DNA of 64,000 nt from Octopus vulgaris (GCA_951406725.2 OX597816.1:80910001-80974000); one strand, 5' to 3'; shown: positions 38,306 to 54,698, counted from the stretch's first letter. The notes: generated by a model from the letters alone, not told the origin. A program made the numbers and translations.

Positions 38306-39441
38306 CGCTCTCTCTCATACACACCCACTCTCTCTCTCTCTCTTTCCTTCTTTCTTTCTCTGTCTCTGGTCACGTCAATAATCAACTAGTTGGGTTTGTA
38401 GCTATGCATAAAGTGAGACACTCCTTCTATCTCTCCCTCTCAGTCTATCTGTCTATCTCTCCCTCCTCTCTCTCTCTCTCTCTTTCTCTCTCAGTCTCTC
38501 AAACTCTACGTGTATATCCTTGCGCGTGCGGTCAAGTGTGTATTGCCTCCAGTGTTAAAACGTACAGTCACCAAATAGGTTGAATGCTCACTCAACCGTG
38601 CGAAATCGTCACCGTCCAAACAGCCACGCCCAACTGCCTCATTCCGTCTAGACACACTGCGTCTACAAAGGAAAACTTGTTTTAATCAAGGATGAAATAA
38701 CGATTTAACAAAGCAATTTGCAACCAAATGTAAGATCTTAACAGTGAAAAGTGAAATAGATTTTCATTTACCATGACATGAAATTAAGCATTTAGAAAGT
38801 ACAGGGGGGAAATTGAGTGTTTCTGTCATTGGCGTCTCTTATTAAATTCATTAAAAACCTTAGTGGAGTGAAACGGCTACAAGTTGGAATCTACAATTAT
38901 ATCTTGATTTATTGGCAACATATCTTTACTCGAACAATTACAATCAATAATTACGAAGTTTTTTGATTCAAACTAACCCATTTTACGATCAATACATATT
39001 CTTTGATTCAGAGTTACTACACATATTCTACACACTAGTGTTCACATATCAACTTGTTTTCTAATAATAATGGTCCTTGTGGTTCGAACAAAAACACAAG
39101 GGGATAAGACTAAATACTAAATAGCAATTAATCCGGTGTCCTATTGACTTACTACACAAACTACCGCATTCTGGCTACTTTACATTCACAATTTACCCGG
39201 GTGCTGAAATGTTCTATGCTTTGGGAAAAAGAAAATACAAGAGGATCAGTTAATTATGGTTTTGTTCAACATATTCCCCTCTCAGATTCACACAGCGGCA
39301 CTTCAGTTCTTCTAAACCATGTAAAAGAATTCGTAAGTTTGGGTCTCCGACCAAGTTTTTTGCGACACTCTTAATGTTAGGAGCCTTTCAGCACTCTCTC
39401 GAATACGTGTGTGTGTGTGTGTGTTGTGCGCGCGCTCACGT

Positions 39442-39493
<52 letters not shown>

Positions 39494-39510
39494 CTGCTAT
39501 GTGCAACGTG

Positions 39511-39844
39511 TGGAGGCGCATGGTTCAGTGGTTAGATCGTCGAGCTTACGATCGTGAGGTTGTGAGTTCGAATCCCGGACCGGGCTCCGTGTTGTATTCT
39601 TGAGCAAGATACTTTATTTCAGGTTGCTCCAATTCACTCAGCTGTAGAAATGAGTTGCGACTTCACAGTTGCCAAGCTGTCTTGGCCTTTGCCTTTCCTT
39701 TGGATAACATCGGTGGCGTGGAAAGGGGAGGCTGGTATGCATGGGCGACTGCTGGTGTTCCATAAACAACCTTGCCCGGACTTGTGCCTGGGAGGGTAAC
39801 TTTCTAGGAGCAATCACATGGTCAGTCATGACCGAAGGGGGTCT
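39511..39844 (+). mobile_element. Near full-length tRNA-derived SINE (family C, CORE-like centre)
   Basis: A-box tggttcagtgg, B-box gagttcgaatccc, tcttgagcaagatacttta, cactcagctgtagaaatgag. Confidence 0.85.
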
Positions 39845-40199
39845 GTCTCAGCATGTGCAATGTAATGAACTAAGTTTGAAAAATAGTACTTCAGTTGGTT
39901 ATGGCAATTGTTAACAACGCTGGAACTTGAGACCAGCTGTCAGAAAAGCTCTAGTTCATTGTATTCGTGGTACTAAATGATACCTTTAGGGTAGCATAGT
40001 GCAAGGTTATGGCGGGGGTGGGGGCGGCGTTGTATAAACGAAGCGTGTAGCTATAAGGGCAACTATAACACGCATATCTAGAAGGAACAACAGACTGTCA
40101 CATGCAGTCAGAAAATGGCATGCAGAGGGGGTGCATGTGTGTATGATACATACATACATATACACATACATATATGTATGTGTGTATGCGTACATATAC

Positions 40200-40244
<45 letters not shown>

Positions 40245-40902
40245 TGTATGTATGAATGTATATGTATATGCTTATGCACATACATATGTATGTAGTATGC
40301 AGGAATGGAAAGAGAAATAAGGAAAGATAGGGAGAGAGTGCAATTTCAACTGTGACGATTGTTTTTGAGATGCTATATCTCGAAAGTACCCTTGGGACTA
40401 ATATAAAATGAAGCATGCAATATAATATATTACAAATGTATAGCTTCTTTATTGAGTATCTATATAGTTATGGCAACAACTTCATCAGGGGATTTTCCTT
40501 CAACAGAATTCCAAATGCAGTCAACGTTGCCATTGTTTCCGAATGTTTAATCACTACAGAACACCTACTTAGTTTACGGCATGAGTCAACATTTCCCTAA
40601 GCAAAAATATTAACAGTTTCCTATGCTGCACAGTGTTAATGCGTATTAACTGAATTCCCAAATTGAATATACTTGAACGAATATGTTATTAACATTCCAA
40701 AATATTCGACGATATTATTCGAAGCTTCTTCACTATACCTAACACATGGAACAATTTCACCAGTAAGTAGTACTGGGAAAGTTGACAGATTCGAAAAAGT
40801 AGTAAAAATAAAACAAAAAAAATCAGTTCGATTACTTATAGATATATTCAGAAGCAAATCAATTTTCCTATAAGTTTCCCTCTGACTCCCCCTCTCCCTC
40901 TA

Positions 40903-40943
<41 letters not shown>

Positions 40944-41067
40944 CTTTCTCTATCACCCCCTTTTTTTCCTCTTTCTATCTCTCTCAAGAGTAATTTCAAA
41001 GTAACATCAACTGATGAGGCATGGAAGTAGAAAACTAAGATGAAAATATGTGTGGTGGGGGGCCGAA

Positions 41068-41105
<38 letters not shown>

Positions 41106-41281
41106 TGTGTGTATGTGTGTGTGTGTATGTGTGTGTGTGTGTGTATGTGTGTGTGCGTGCGTGCGTGTATGTACGTGTGCACACTTACACACACGTAGGG
41201 TTGAAACACACAGATAATATGAGACAGAATGTGATAGATGTGCATTTATATCCGAGTGTACATTTGCATCAAAGCACAAAG

Positions 41282-41345
<64 letters not shown>

Positions 41346-41702
41346 GCGTGCGTACACATACATACACACGCGCACGCATGTATTGTAAAACTACGAAAGG
41401 AATAATCAAAAACTCAATGAACGCAACTTACTAGGCCCTGTAGTAAGACCACACACACATACACACAAACACACATGCGTGTACTTATGTTGAATTGTTT
41501 TATTAAAAGATATTGATAGTGACTTCGAAGTTTTGCTGCTTATGATGCTTTTACCAACGAACAATTGAGAAATCATTATCAATAAAATTCTACATATACA
41601 TATGTGTATCAAAAGTGGGCGAGAGGAAGAGAGAGAGGAATGGGTGAAATACACACACACACACATACTTTCATACATACATAAATACATACATACATAC
41701 AT

Positions 41703-41736
<34 letters not shown>

Positions 41737-42654
41737 GTATGTATGTATTTTACGAGCGAATTTATTTATGCGCGACATGTAGTAATGTAAAATTATTCAA
41801 GTTATAATTGTATTTAACGGATATGATTTCTAATTACATTCTTCCTAAGACGAAATCCGATATCAAATGCTAGTACTGTCGATGTTCTCCTTAGAATAAT
41901 CAACCACGTATATGCTAAGTGAAAAAAAGGAGAAACATCACTTGATCGATTTAACTGAATAATCATCCCCGATATGGACGGAGACCCCTTTACTTTATGC
42001 ATGTATGTATATGCGTGAAGTCCTAATCTAAGAAGAGAATCGATGTGTGACGTATCACAAGAAAATATGGACAATGTTATTTTTACGAGCATCGGTATGC
42101 ATGTTGGCTGGTTTTCAGAAATAGTAAAGTGGTTTAGTTGTTTTACAGGCGTTGGTTTTATAGGGATAAGTTATGAATTTATGCCTCAAAATAAGGTATG
42201 TTCTTTAGTTCTTTATATTCTTTTAACCATCAGGACTAATGGTATGCTGGAACACCGCATTACAGCGTGTGTGTGAAATCTAAAAGATGTCCAATATGAC
42301 ATTTAAAAGATAATTGGTTCGGTTTATTTTTATCATTACTACGACTAAGAGAAAGCATCTTCAAATATTTTGCTTAATTTTAATAATGTTGATTTTTTTT
42401 CTTCTTTTATCTCTATTTTATCATCTAAATATATTTCGTTCGTTGAATATGTTGTGTTATTTTCGACTACAAGTGACATTTATTTGATTTTGTTGGTTTT
42501 AGTTTCTAATTTGAAAGTCTATTTGCTGAAACGACTTCAGTTTCGTTCTTGGTATGTAGGCATGGCCATGTGATATTTTCTCTTTCCCTGAGCCAAGGAA
42601 CGGTTCTTTGTGTCACATGAGCGCGACTCAAAGTTCGAATGAATTGAGTAACAA

Positions 42655-42770
42655 CTTGAGCAGTTCAGTCCCATTGCGTGAAACCTTGGGCAAGTATCCT
42701 CTACTCAGGCCTTGGGCAGACCAAGTCCTTGAGAGCGGATTTCGTAGACGGAAACTGAAAGAGACCCGAC

Positions 42771-42771
<1 letters not shown>
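42655..42771 (+). mobile_element. SINE family A fragment
   Basis: gttcagtccca.tgcgtg..accttgggcaagt..gtagacggaaactgaaaga. Confidence 0.8.
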
Positions 42772-42804
<33 letters not shown>

Positions 42805-42870
42805 ACAATTGAGGGTAAAATTAATTAATTAATCAATTTCACAAAGTGTTCAGTATGTTTTACTAAGCCC

Positions 42871-42926
<56 letters not shown>

Positions 42927-43223
42927 GAGAGAGAGGGAGGGAGAGAGAAGGGGGAAGAGATAAAATACAAAAGGTTCAAATCAGGCACACACATATATAT
43001 ACGGGTTCAATTAGGATAACATATGTATTGCCAATCTGAAACATATATTCATACATTAGAAATATAAACATATATGAATACGAAAAATATACATGGACAT
43101 CTAGATTATAGATATGTTAACATAATAATAGAAGATAGATAAAAAATAATGAAACATCGAAAAAAGATGTTTTTATATTTCATTATTTTTGTCTATTTTC
43201 TATTAATATGTTTTTATGCCTGT

Positions 43224-43273
<50 letters not shown>

Positions 43274-43521
43274 ATGTATACTTTTAGAATTCATATACTT
43301 TTGTTTCTATATTTCTATATTTCTAATATATCAATATATGTTACAGATTGGACAATTCATATTTTCTTAAACCCGTATGTGTATGTGTTAATCGTAGTCT
43401 GCCTAATTTGAACCTTTCCTATTGTGTCTATTACACTTGCTTAGTGCTTCAGGTGCGACTTGAGTACTTCTACGCTATGTTTTTCGAAAGAAAATTATAA
43501 TCATATATATATATATATATA

Positions 43522-43929
43522 TTCTTTTTATTCTTTTATTTGTTTCAGTCATTTGACTGTAGCCATGCTGGAACACCGCTTTTAGTCGAGCCAATCGACC
43601 CCAGGAATTATTCTTTGTAAGCCTAGTACTTATTCTATCGGTCTCTTTTGCCAATCCGCTAAGTTACGGGGACGTAAACAAACCAGTATCGGTTGTGAAG
43701 CGATGTTGGGGGAACAAACACAGACACACAAGCATATACATATATATACATATATACATATATACGACGGGCTTCTTTCAGTTTCCGTCTACCAAATCCA
43801 CTCACAAGGCTTTGGTCGGCCCGAGGCTATAGTAGAAGACACTTGCCCAAGGTGCCACGCAGTGGGACTGAACCTGGAACCATGTGGTTCGTAAGCAAGC
43901 TACTTACCACACAGCCACTCTTACGCCTA
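43522..43929 (-). mobile_element. Near full-length tRNA-derived SINE family A
   Basis: Minus strand has A-box tggctgtgtgg, B-box ggttcagtccc, ccttgggcaagtg, an internal TA/CA tract, and a 3' end actgaaacaaataaaagaataaaaagaa. Confidence 0.92.
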
Positions 43930-44412
43930 TGTATATAAAATTTATATATCCTGTTGATATAATATATGTAAGAAGTACTTGCCTGTGGTGTGTAGTCTTA
44001 CACCTTTTAAACAAATTATAACTACAGACATACACGCATATATTCATATGTATTTATAAATGGATAGATGTATGGCTAAGTATATATACACAAACAGACA
44101 CAAACACACACACACACACACACACCATGTATTCGTCATAGTTATGAATCTTCTTCCTTCGAAATTTGTTCGAATCGTTGGTTCATTCATCATAGCAAAG
44201 ACATGATAAATTGGTTGGCGTACACGAAGATTCTTTCAGAATTTGACTGTTTAAATTTTCCCGATTTGGCTGGTTTTCTCATGCACGATACCGATTTTCA
44301 TTGGAAGCTTCTCATTAGCTAAAATAGCTAGTTGTGAAGGAAGCACACATACAAAGGGAAATATTATAAGCCGCCTTCTTCACATTCACATAACAGAAAC
44401 ATACCGGGACAA

Positions 44413-44618
44413 AAGAAGAAGAAGAAAGTGATGATGAAGAAGAAGAAGAAGAAGAAGAAGAAGAAGAAGAAGAAGAAGAAGAAGAAGGAGGTGGTGATGA
44501 TGATGATGAAGAAGAAGAAGGTGATGATGATGATGAAGAAGAAGAAGAAGAAGAAGAAGAAGAAGAAGAAGAAGAAGGTGGTGGTGATGAAAGAGAAGAA
44601 GGTGGTGGTGAAGAAGAA

Positions 44619-44669
<51 letters not shown>

Positions 44670-44733
44670 GATGATGATGATGATGATGATGATGATAAAG
44701 ATGATGATGATGACGATGAAGAAGAAGATGAGG
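44413..44733. repeat. Compound (GAA)n/(GAT)n/(GGT)n microsatellite
   Basis: Direct reading. Confidence 0.95.
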
Positions 44734-44736
44734 AGC

Positions 44737-45190
44737 CTAGTCGATTGCATCGACCCCAGTGTTTCACTGGAACCTAATTTATCGACCCCGAAAGTATGAA
44801 AAGCAAAGCCCTCGGCGGAATTTGTACTCAGAACGTAGCGACAGGCGAAATACCGCTAAGCATTTCGTCCGGCGTGCAAACGATTCTGCCAGCTCGACGC
44901 CTTGAAGATGATGATGATGATGATAATGGTTTCAAATTTTGACACAAGGCCAGCAATTTCGGTGGAACGGGTAAGTCAATTACATCGACCTCAGTGCTCA
45001 AATGGCAGTAATAAAATAAATACCATTTACTGACCGCGAATGGCATTAACAAAATAGATGCCATTAAATGACCTCGAAATGTCGAAAGCAAAGACAACTT
45101 CGTAGGAGTTTGAACTCAGAAAGTAAAGTCGGGCGAAACGCCGCTAACCATTTTAAACGGCTAGCTAACGATTCTCCTAGCTTGTCGCCT
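44737..45190 (-). mobile_element. Two adjacent SINE family B copies (about 44737-44902 and 44930-45190)
   Basis: Each has atcgacc.cagtg..gaaagcaaag..actcagaa.gt..ccgctaa.cattt..aacgattct...agct.g.cgcc. Confidence 0.85.
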
Positions 45191-45196
45191 GCGTAG

Positions 45197-45546
45197 AAGT
45201 AGTGGGGGAGCATCATACCCATGTGTTGAGAGGAACATTTTGGCGTTTGAATAATTCGCCTCTGGAAACATGGGTGCTTTGTTCAATATCCTTAACGACC
45301 CTCATTCATAGACCTTTCGAGCGCGATGCGCTACTCGATCTAAAGAAACTTCTAAATGGGCCCCACCTGCAAGGTCAAAAGGTCATACGCTGTTTAGCTT
45401 GGTATGAAATCACCATGTTGCCCACACATGGCTGTGGTGTATGTGCCTGGTGTACCATTATCAGACGGTAGTCATGATGGGTATACTGGGCTTCATATAT
45501 TTGAACCCTAGTGTCACTTTGATGGCATGTGCTGCTCTTTCACTCA
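45197..45546 (+). mobile_element. Second copy of the unclassified AAT-tailed repeat (see 2283-2770)
   Basis: Mutual similarity with 2283-2770; ends cactc-aacaacaataataat. Confidence 0.7.
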
Positions 45547-45579
45547 ACAACAATAATAATAATAATAATTGCATATGCA

Positions 45580-45884
45580 ATCCTCTTAAGTACGAAATAT
45601 TCCAGCTATGAGAAAAATCAAGAATGTGAAGATAATGCTGATTATTACTGGATTCTTGGGGATAGTATCAGAAGGCATCAAAAGGAATATATAGGAAATC
45701 GGAACGGAGTGCCCAGTGGAGTTGTTACTGAAGATGTGACTCCTTGTTACGACCAGAATAATCAAGAATGTATTACATAGTTGAAAAGAACAGATAACAT
45801 GATACCGTAGGAGGCAGGTAGCAAGCAATTACGCATGCAAGACTTCAAGAGTTCCAACAAATTTGAGTTAAAAGAAAACATTAG
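45580..45884 (+). mobile_element. Degenerate R4/Dong 3' fragment
   Basis: Manual translation across frameshifts gives LKYEI..KIKNVKIMLIITGFLGIVSEGIKRNI.EIGTECPVELLLKM.LLVTTRIIKNVL. Followed by a UTR and (AAC/AAT)n. Confidence 0.7.
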
Positions 45885-46590
<706 letters not shown>

Positions 46591-46607
46591 AATATAAGAG
46601 AACATAT

Positions 46608-46798
46608 TTTTATTATAGCCACCATGCCTGAAATTTGGGGGTGTGGGTGGTTAGTTGATTACATTGACCCCAGTGTTCAAACTACTTATGTCATCGACCC
46701 CGAAATGATGAAACAAGGTCGATCTCGGCGACATTTGAACTCAGAACGTAGAGACAGATGAAATGCTGTTTAGCGTTTTGTTCGGCGCGCTAACGATT
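46608..46798 (-). mobile_element. SINE family B copy
   Basis: gcctgaaatttgggg..gattaca.tgaccccagtg..atcgaccccgaaa.gatgaaa..tttgaactcagaacg..gctaacgatt. Confidence 0.85.
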
Positions 46799-46849
46799 GG
46801 CATACACTGGTCAATATGCTGCACATACAATCTCTCCTAAAAGATAATT

Positions 46850-47250
46850 GCTGGGAATACAAACCACCACAAGTTGCTCAGAATGCTGCAGTTACCGTCT
46901 TTTGGAATGTCAGAGGTTAGGTGATCGGGAAATGCAGGTTAACCGACTACTTATCATTGTAACAAGTTAATTTCGAAAAAATATATATTTTGACTGATGT
47001 TGTAGCAATATCTGAAAAAAAAACATCCCAGTAAACACTTGAGAAACTGAGCAAATATAAGGACTTGAAGAAAGAAATCAGAGGATTTTGCTATTCAAAG
47101 TAACATCATCTATAGCAATTGGAGCACTTGTAATGTTATCAAATGGTGCAAACAAAAATGTAAACCAATTTCCTGGCAACCCCAAAATAAGTAAATTGCA
47201 AAAGATCATACTTAAGAGGTATCTCACGTATTTTACGTAAATTCCTCTCC
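46850..47250 (+). mobile_element. Degenerate R4/Dong RLE fragment
   Basis: WEYKPPQVAQNAAVTVFW, EKLSKYKDLKKEI, IGAL, QFPGNPKISKLQKIIL. Confidence 0.75.
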
Positions 47251-50200
47251 AGGTAAATGCAATCGTATTCATTCAAACCTCATTATAAATTTTATAAAGA
47301 TGTTTTATACATATATATATATATAAACACAGGCATCAGGTTAGTTTTTGGTTGCAAAACACCATCTGTTAGCATCATTTAATGCAAAAATTTGATGTCC
47401 CTCGAAGTTTGTGGTGGAGACATGGGTGCAGATTGTATAAATGGAATCAGAGACAAAGAAGAAGTAGTAGTAGTAGTAAAAGGCGGTTTTACTTACGAAG
47501 CCACCCGCATAAAAAGTGCTACAATCTATCTAGCAGTTTATTTCTCCATCTTTAAATGTAAGATATTTTTTTTTAATCTATGTAACCCGACCATGTTCAG
47601 TGGTCGATATACTTTACGAAAAACAAACAAAAAGATCGCAAATACGAGTCTTAGCGTGTCTTGGCACTCATTATATCGAAGATGGAATTTGTCGAGTAAA
47701 GATATTTAAACCAGTGAAAATTACTGAAACACATATACATAAATAAATATATGTGAGTGTATACACATATGCACTTACACACACACATACACACACACAA
47801 TAGATTCTATACAGTATGAAATTTTATTTTCAAGCAACGTATTTAGTACAAGGAAAAAGTAACGTGCAGTGGGACCGAACTTCTAACCAAATCATTTACA
47901 AGCAAAATTCCTAACCATATAACAATACCTATGTATATGTGAAAAGTATAAATTCATTTCCCTGCTTTTTACCGTTCAAGATCCGCGTCTGTGGGTGTAT
48001 ACGTAGTCATGTTGCGCGTGTGTGTATTTATATCAATGTTTACATTCTGCGCTGAACGGAACTTGTTGACATTACTCTGTCAACAATCGTCCCATAGTTA
48101 TGTGGTTTGGAAGATGAGTGGAAAGAAAATTCCTTTACTTCAAATATACTTAGATATATGTGTACATACGTAAGTGTAAAATATCATTAGTAAAGATACT
48201 TTGAATTCCTGTGTTATTTATTTTCTTCAACATATAATCGACGGAAACTTTTCTAAAGAGCACACGTATGACTTCCAATAAAGACAGGGACGGCCATAGT
48301 ATTAGATATATTTCTATCATGAAGAAATCTAATTGAAAGACTCTCAATGTGAGACATATCCATAAGAATATAAAAATGTGTGTATGGTATAAATTATATA
48401 TATATATATAATATTCTTGTGCAGGCTGAGTATGTTCAATAAATTTCAGCGTTATAGCCGGAGAAAATTTGAAAAGTAAAATGTCTGAGAGTAAATATAT
48501 TAAAATAAATTATTATTAATAAAATTAAAGAACAGTTTTTATTTCTAAACCAGTAGTTTATTTCCTTTTCTTCTATCCTAAATCCATTTAAACGCTTTCT
48601 TTCTTATTCTCCGGAGAATTGTTGGTGTTAAAAACGAATGAATACGTCTGCATCAACCTACTTCTCACTGTTAGGATTGCATCATCTACTTCTTCTACTG
48701 ATCATTGAGAAAATACACTTAACTTATTGAATCTGCAGAGAATTTTTCTCCCTTTAGTAGTTTTTACATTAAGAAAATTTCTCGAAGATTAGATAGCATA
48801 ATGGGAATTCATTTCTAATCTTTTCCAGCAGAACGGTGGATAATTTAACTCCATATTAAAATTATATTTTCTACACATGAAGAAAAAATTTCTAAAAAAA
48901 AAATTAAATTATTCGTTTTAATTTATTAAAGATTTAAACGATTTTTATTAAATATTTTCCCTAAAGATTAAAAATATTGTTAATTTACAGCACTTTTCCA
49001 TAGAATATTTTTTCTAAAACAGTTGTATATATTTTCTGATAAAATTTACAGAAAGGAACATGCCAGACGTGCTGTAGAGTGGCTGTTCATGAGTAGTATC
49101 CAAATATTAAAATCCACAGTCTGACCAATCTACCGATCAATTCTTCAGAACATATCTTGGGGGAAATCCTTTTCAATTGATTATGGAAAATATTTTTACT
49201 TTTATTAATTTCAGTGTTTGCTTTCGAGTAATCCTAATTTGTCACATATGAAGAAAAAGCTCTGAGACAATTCCTGAAGCGAATGCTATAAAATATTCTA
49301 TGAATACATTAGAAACTAGTCGTAGATAACTGGCTTTGCTTGTGTGAGTAATAAAATTGTAAATGAATATAAACCCAATCCATTGTATAATATCTTAACT
49401 GTGGATGCTTCATGACGGATATATAAATTTTAGATGACAAAAATCAAAATGCAATGTGTTATGCTGCTTATCGAAGTTAGTAGAAAAATATAAAAGGCTG
49501 AAGTGATAATAAATATTATGGAGAAGACTTCAAACGAAATATAATATTGCGACAATGCTTATTTTATGTAAATAATCTTTTATTGATAAATCACACTACG
49601 CTAGCGATAAATAGGTACAAGCAGCATTAGTTAGCTCACTTCTATTCGTTTCACTACTGGATGGTATAGTAATAGACTTATATTACTGTCGTCGTCATCG
49701 TCCTCGTTGTTGTTGTTGTTCTTGCTGGTGGTGGTGGTAGTATTTATCGCCAGGTTAACTGTGAACGAACCTATGATCAGAGATTTTCCAGCTATTATCA
49801 TTAGTTTTCTATTTTATTCAGACATTGTGTATTTAGGACTACAGCATTTCATCAGTCCTTCGTAACTTGAAGACATTAAGCCTGATATATGAAAGAGGTG
49901 CTCTCGTTATTTCATGCAAGTCTAGTGATTAAATTAAATACCACTTCATTGGCCTGATTAGAAATTATATTAGCGACACCAGATAATTGTTATGAAGTAT
50001 GCCGCTGTCTTCTTCTTCCAATCAGGAATCATGCCATTAGCCACAAAGAATAACCTCTAATTCGAGGCTACTCTAAGCTACTAAGAATGCGTGTGTCAAC
50101 TTGAAGATCCACCCACCACACGCTATAGACTGGCGGTTGCACGGGCGCGAAAGCTACATTGTTATCCTCATTCCGTAAACGGTAGCTTTTAACGTATGGA

Positions 50201-50299
50201 GGGCTGAACCATCCTGGGTTACAGAGGATTCGCAATCTAGACTAGGGTCTGAAAGTTTACCACACCATAGTGGGTTACATCATGGTTCCTCTGCTTTGT

Positions 50300-50497
50300 T
50301 GCAGAAGTAGGAAGAAAGAATGAGAGAAAGTTGTGGTGAAAGAGTACAGCGGGGTTCACCACCCCACACCGCCGGAGCCTCGTGGAGCTTAGGTGTTTTT
50401 GCTCAATAAACACTCACAATGCCCAGTCTGGGAATCGAAACCGCATTCTTACGATCGCGAGTCCGCTGCCCTAACCACTGGGCCATTGCGCCTCCAC
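50300..50497 (-). mobile_element. tRNA-derived SINE 5' portion
   Basis: Minus strand tggcccagtggttaggg (A-box), ggtttcgattccc (B-box), tttattgagcaaaaacacct (CORE-like). Confidence 0.8.
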
Positions 50498-51691
50498 GTA
50501 TGCTGCTGTTGTCATTGTTGCTGTTGCTTTTGTAAGGTTAACATTTGCACCAGCATTTATGTTGGAAACGTTGTGATCCGTCTACTTTATGATGATTGTC
50601 TCTTTTCTGGATGTGTTAACCTGTTTCCTATGTCAGCAGCAAATTTCAGTATAATCGTAATGAGAAGTTGTAACCATTAATTTTTAAAAATACTTTCAAA
50701 GCAGACAAAGGAGAAACTCAAAAGGAGATACAAGTAGATGATTTTATATTTATTGATTCTTTATGAAGTAAGATTTGTTTCAGGTTATAACAAATTCGAC
50801 ACACATCATGGGTTTCAATAGAACTGAAGAATATTGCTCTTCAAAATTACTTCTTTAGTATAGCAACATATTATGAAAGTGAAGATGACCAAATGGAGAG
50901 AATATCGAAAAAGAATTAGAGTTTGAATGGTCACGTCAAACACACAGAGTTTTGTATCTTCAGGATGCAGTTCACACCCAAGTATCTACCAAGAGTGGTA
51001 TTATTTACTGTCATAAACAACAACTCAACTCTTGAGCAATGGAAGTACTACTAGGAGATTGCTCCATTTACTAAAAATAAAAGCTAAATCATACTCAAAT
51101 AACCCACTACCGTTTTAAAAATAGGAAGGATACATAGGAATCGTAGTATTAAATATACTATACCTGAAATAAAAACAGACGGTCATGGCTGCATGACATG
51201 AAGCGCAGGACCGCTGGATCAAATTGACTCGAAATAAACACTACTCTTATGATTAAGAAAAAAAAGACTAGTTATGTTTTAGCAGGGTCTCGCATATGTT
51301 CAACAGCAAATATATAGTCTAAAGTTATGTACTTATTTTATCTATGATATATTTGTTTATGATTATACAGTCATCTACATGCATATTCCAAGAAACATAA
51401 ACACAGAAACCTATAAAATCGAATCATAAATAATGACATATATATCAGCTTTTGCATCTTGCCTCACATAGCAGCATTTCAAACAGTAGCCTTGTTTTCA
51501 TTACCCCTTGCAGATTCGAAATTAAATATTCAAACATTTTATGGAATTGCGATGAATATTTATACTTAAAATCTATTTATTCCTAATTTATGAATCTTCT
51601 GAATTACGGGATTTACAACATTGATTTATTTACGTTTCTCTTTTTCAATAAATATTCATATTTAACACGTTAGCAATCATATTTCATCAAT

Positions 51692-52916
<1,225 letters not shown>

Positions 52917-52965
52917 TATATCCCAATTATCAATGTAAGCACACAGACGCACATGTTCATATATA

Positions 52966-53206
52966 CAGGGTCCGGTGAATAAGCTGTCGTCTAAATTACG
53001 CAAAAATGAAAGTAACACTGACATCTGATTTTAACAGATATATTTACCAAGATTACATAAAAATATCTTGAAATAGTAGAGAGTAAATTCATTCAATAAA
53101 ATCGTCATGGGCTTCAACCACAGCCTCCAGACGACTTCGGAATCTCCTGCAACTATTCTGGGCAGTCTCCTTGTTTAAGTTGGTGAATGCTGCCGTAATC
53201 CTTGCC

Positions 53207-53288
<82 letters not shown>

Positions 53289-53670
53289 TATATATATCGC
53301 AGAAATTGTCTGATAGCCATGGCTGGGTTCTCCTGCTTGTTTGGCATGGTGCAGAGTCCTGCTGCCAGACATAGGATCTTCCAGGAACCTCCCTCTTGAC
53401 CCAGGGCAGTACTAGCTCCCCTAGGCACTTAATATCGGCCTCCGTGTTGAGTTTGAGGCTATGTGGGAACATGAATGGAGGCATAACGCTGCCATCACTA
53501 GTGAACACTCCAAACACCATGATGATTGGATGTTTGATTTTTATAACTCTCACTGCATGTCCTCAAATTGCACTTTCCTCAGATTGATACCCAACCACTC
53601 TGAAAAGTTCGTATTGGAGCTTCCGGTGCGATTGCCAAGCAGTACAGCATATCGTTTCCAAGTTATATAA

Positions 53671-53715
<45 letters not shown>

Positions 53716-53813
53716 TATATATATATAATAGTCGACAAAATCAAAAACAAACAATACGCATGTTATATGAAATTGAAAACATAAAACTGCGACAATTTAC
53801 CCATCACACTCCG
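52966..53813 (-). mobile_element. Internally deleted Tc1/mariner-superfamily (maT/DD37D-like) transposon remnant
   Basis: MVFGVFTSDG..MPPFMF..WQQDSAPC, C-terminal CRRFRSRLEAVVEA..DFIE, and an N-terminal HTH-like KRYAVLLG..LGINLRKVQ. Decayed TIRs ta-cagggt..ataagctgtcg and cgacaatttaccc..actccg (15/24 match). Confidence 0.82.
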
Positions 53814-53856
53814 TCTATAAATATATAAGCTTCTGTCGATTATATATATGCATATA

Positions 53857-54698
53857 CGAGGTTCGATCAATAAGTATCCGGATCGTTGTCATAGTGACGA
53901 TACTAAAGCACACATAATAAAGCTGCTTGACACAGATTGACCTTGAAATCTGTTGTGCATGCGCACTAAGTTTTAACGCTCTAGTTTACTTCCGCTATTT
54001 ACAGCTGTGCTTGGAGGTAGGTGTGTAGCATGTGATCGTCGTATCGACCATGTGAAAGTTTTCATGGTGATACCTGCTCAGAGGCCAACGCAGAGTTGTA
54101 GAAAGTGTATGGAGAGGAGTGTATGCGTCGCATACAAGTGCACGAGTGGTTCAAACGTTTTCAAGATGGCCGAAAAAAATGACGAAATTGACGAACGTTC
54201 TGCGAGACCTGCAATCAACAGAACTTAGAAAAACATCGCAGATGTGCGTGCAGATATGAAGGGAAATCGTCGAATCATGATCCGTGAGTTATCAGATGTG
54301 AAGATTAGCTACTGTACAGTTCAGTCTATCATCACTGAAAATTTGAGTATGAGTCGCGTGTCTGCCAAGTTTGTGCCAAAGCTGCTTTCAGCTGACGAAA
54401 ATGACACTCGGGTTTCAGTTGCACAAGATCTCCCTGATTGTGTCAAGAATGATGAAAACTTTTTACAAATTCTGCGTAGGCCTCTGAGCAGGTATCACCA
54501 AGCTTTTAGCAAAATTTGATGCCGATTCTCTGCTCAACTTTCTCTGTCATTGTCAATGCGACGTTCACACGCAGAAGTGAGCTAGAACGTTAAAACTTAG
54601 TGCGTATGCACAAGAGAGTTCACGGTCAATCTGTACCTAGTGACTTCACTCTGTGTGGTTTAGCTTCGTCACTATGGCAACTTATTAATCAGACCACG
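53857..54698 (+). mobile_element. Non-autonomous mariner element with long (about 140 bp) imperfect inverted ends
   Basis: TA-cgaggttcgatcaataagt.. matches ..acttattaatcagaccacg, and gcactaagttttaacg matches cgttaaaacttagtgc. The interior encodes VHEWFKRF.DGR, DERSARP, NRRIMIREL and RVSAKFVPKLL (WVPHEL-type linker). Catalytic domain absent. Confidence 0.88.

Noticed and set aside
39511-39585. tRNA-like sequence with A and B boxes
   Set aside because: It is a SINE head: no proper acceptor stem, and it continues into the SINE body.
44315-44799. Poly-Ser / poly-Lys / acidic-looking ORFs
   Set aside because: Compound GAA/GAT microsatellite running straight into a SINE, with no coding context.
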